Below, in pieces: positions 31,747 through 32,000 of a stretch of 32,000 nt of DNA (positions within the stretch are counted from its first letter, which is position 1; each line of letters begins with the position of its first letter). Under the pieces are notes generated by a model. It worked only from the letters and a program-made list of their open reading frames with translations. It had not been told where the DNA came from and made no database searches. Both the position numbers and the translations under genes were made by a program. Source of the stretch: Gemmata obscuriglobus (GTDB taxonomy: Bacteria; Planctomycetota; Planctomycetia; Gemmatales; Gemmataceae); assembly GCF_008065095.1 (NCBI RefSeq), contig NZ_CP042911.1, forward strand, positions 2,790,001 through 2,822,000, given 5' to 3'.

Positions 31747-32000
31747 GCCTCACCACCCGGCTGCTCCTCTTCTCGCAGGCGGCGCTCGCGGCCGTCCTCC
31801 TGGTCTTCTGCTCGGCGCTCTACGCCGTCGCGCACGGGTACGTGCACCACGCGGCCGTAGCGTCCGCGGACCGGTCGGCGGCCACTCTGGTGGCGTCCGT
31901 GGACATCGAAGCGGACGCGGTCGAATGGGAGCCGTCCGACCGCGACGTGTCCCTCGGCCCGGGGCCGCTCGGCGGTACGGTTTACTGGTACGTCACCGAC
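31743..32000 (+). CDS. Cognate sensor histidine kinase, N-terminal part only (runs off the right edge)
   Basis: My own translation from GTG 31743, which overlaps the regulator stop (GTGA): VSLTTRLLLFSQAALAAVLLVFCSALYAVAHGYVHHAAVASADRSAATLVASVDIEADAVEWEPSDRDVSLGPGPLGGTVYWYVTD. It stays open to the window end and begins with TM1 followed by a periplasmic-type segment. The function is inferred from its position after the OmpR-type regulator. Confidence 0.6.
   Translation, partial: MSLTTRLLLFSQAALAAVLLVFCSALYAVAHGYVHHAAVASADRSAATLVASVDIEADAVEWEPSDRDVSLGPGPLGGTVYWYVTD

Noticed and set aside
1-32000. Defence islands, toxin-antitoxin pairs, secretion systems, prophage or biosynthetic gene clusters
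   Set aside because: I saw no nuclease/helicase/ATPase defence-type architectures, phage structural genes, integrases or core biosynthetic enzymes. The only mobile-element protein is the truncated transposase.

Overview
This is a 32-kb, very GC-rich chromosomal segment. Its gene content points to a Planctomycetota genome of the Gemmataceae type. That is an inference from hallmark families: a DUF1559 prepilin-like protein with an H-X9-DG motif, a PSCyt1/DUF1549/DUF1553 protein with its DUF1501 partner, a Tat-signal Gfo/Idh/MocA oxidoreductase, and many spurious Arg/Gly/Pro-rich antisense ORFs. I support 24 CDS. They include a translationally coupled ABC exporter / ArnT-like GT-C / GT2 / DHPS-like operon (1-5150, minus strand), a J-domain-like membrane protein, an HU/IHF protein with a Lys-rich tail, typA, sixA, a thioredoxin-fold lipoprotein, lspA and a PPi-type phosphofructokinase. 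They also include a sensor-less histidine kinase, a Tat oxidoreductase, a DUF1559 + lipoprotein pair, acyP, the PSCyt/DUF1553 + DUF1501 + RidA genes, an HDOD protein, ispG, and an OmpR-type regulator with the start of its kinase. I also call four pseudogene pieces. I found no rRNA, tRNA, CRISPR array, prophage or recognisable defence/toxin system, and no convincing novel multi-gene system. The material worth a second look is mostly non-genic: (1) a decay island at about 24.45-27.95 kb holding a deletion-fused remnant of a second PSCyt/DUF1549 + DUF1501 pair, a truncated DDE transposase, a frameshifted secreted-protein gene and several palindromes; (2) a dispersed nested-palindrome repeat family with two clear and two partial copies, one flanked by a 16-bp duplication of the last codons of acyP; (3) a 119-nt near-perfect palindrome that fills the lspA/pfp convergent gap; (4) a 28-bp inverted repeat made of CGGAATN heptads that brackets the DUF1501 start codon; (5) a roughly 970-bp gene-less, lower-GC gap between two convergent genes, carrying a CGCAAC/GTTGCG half-site cluster. 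All functional calls come from motif recognition by eye and need HMM/BLAST confirmation.
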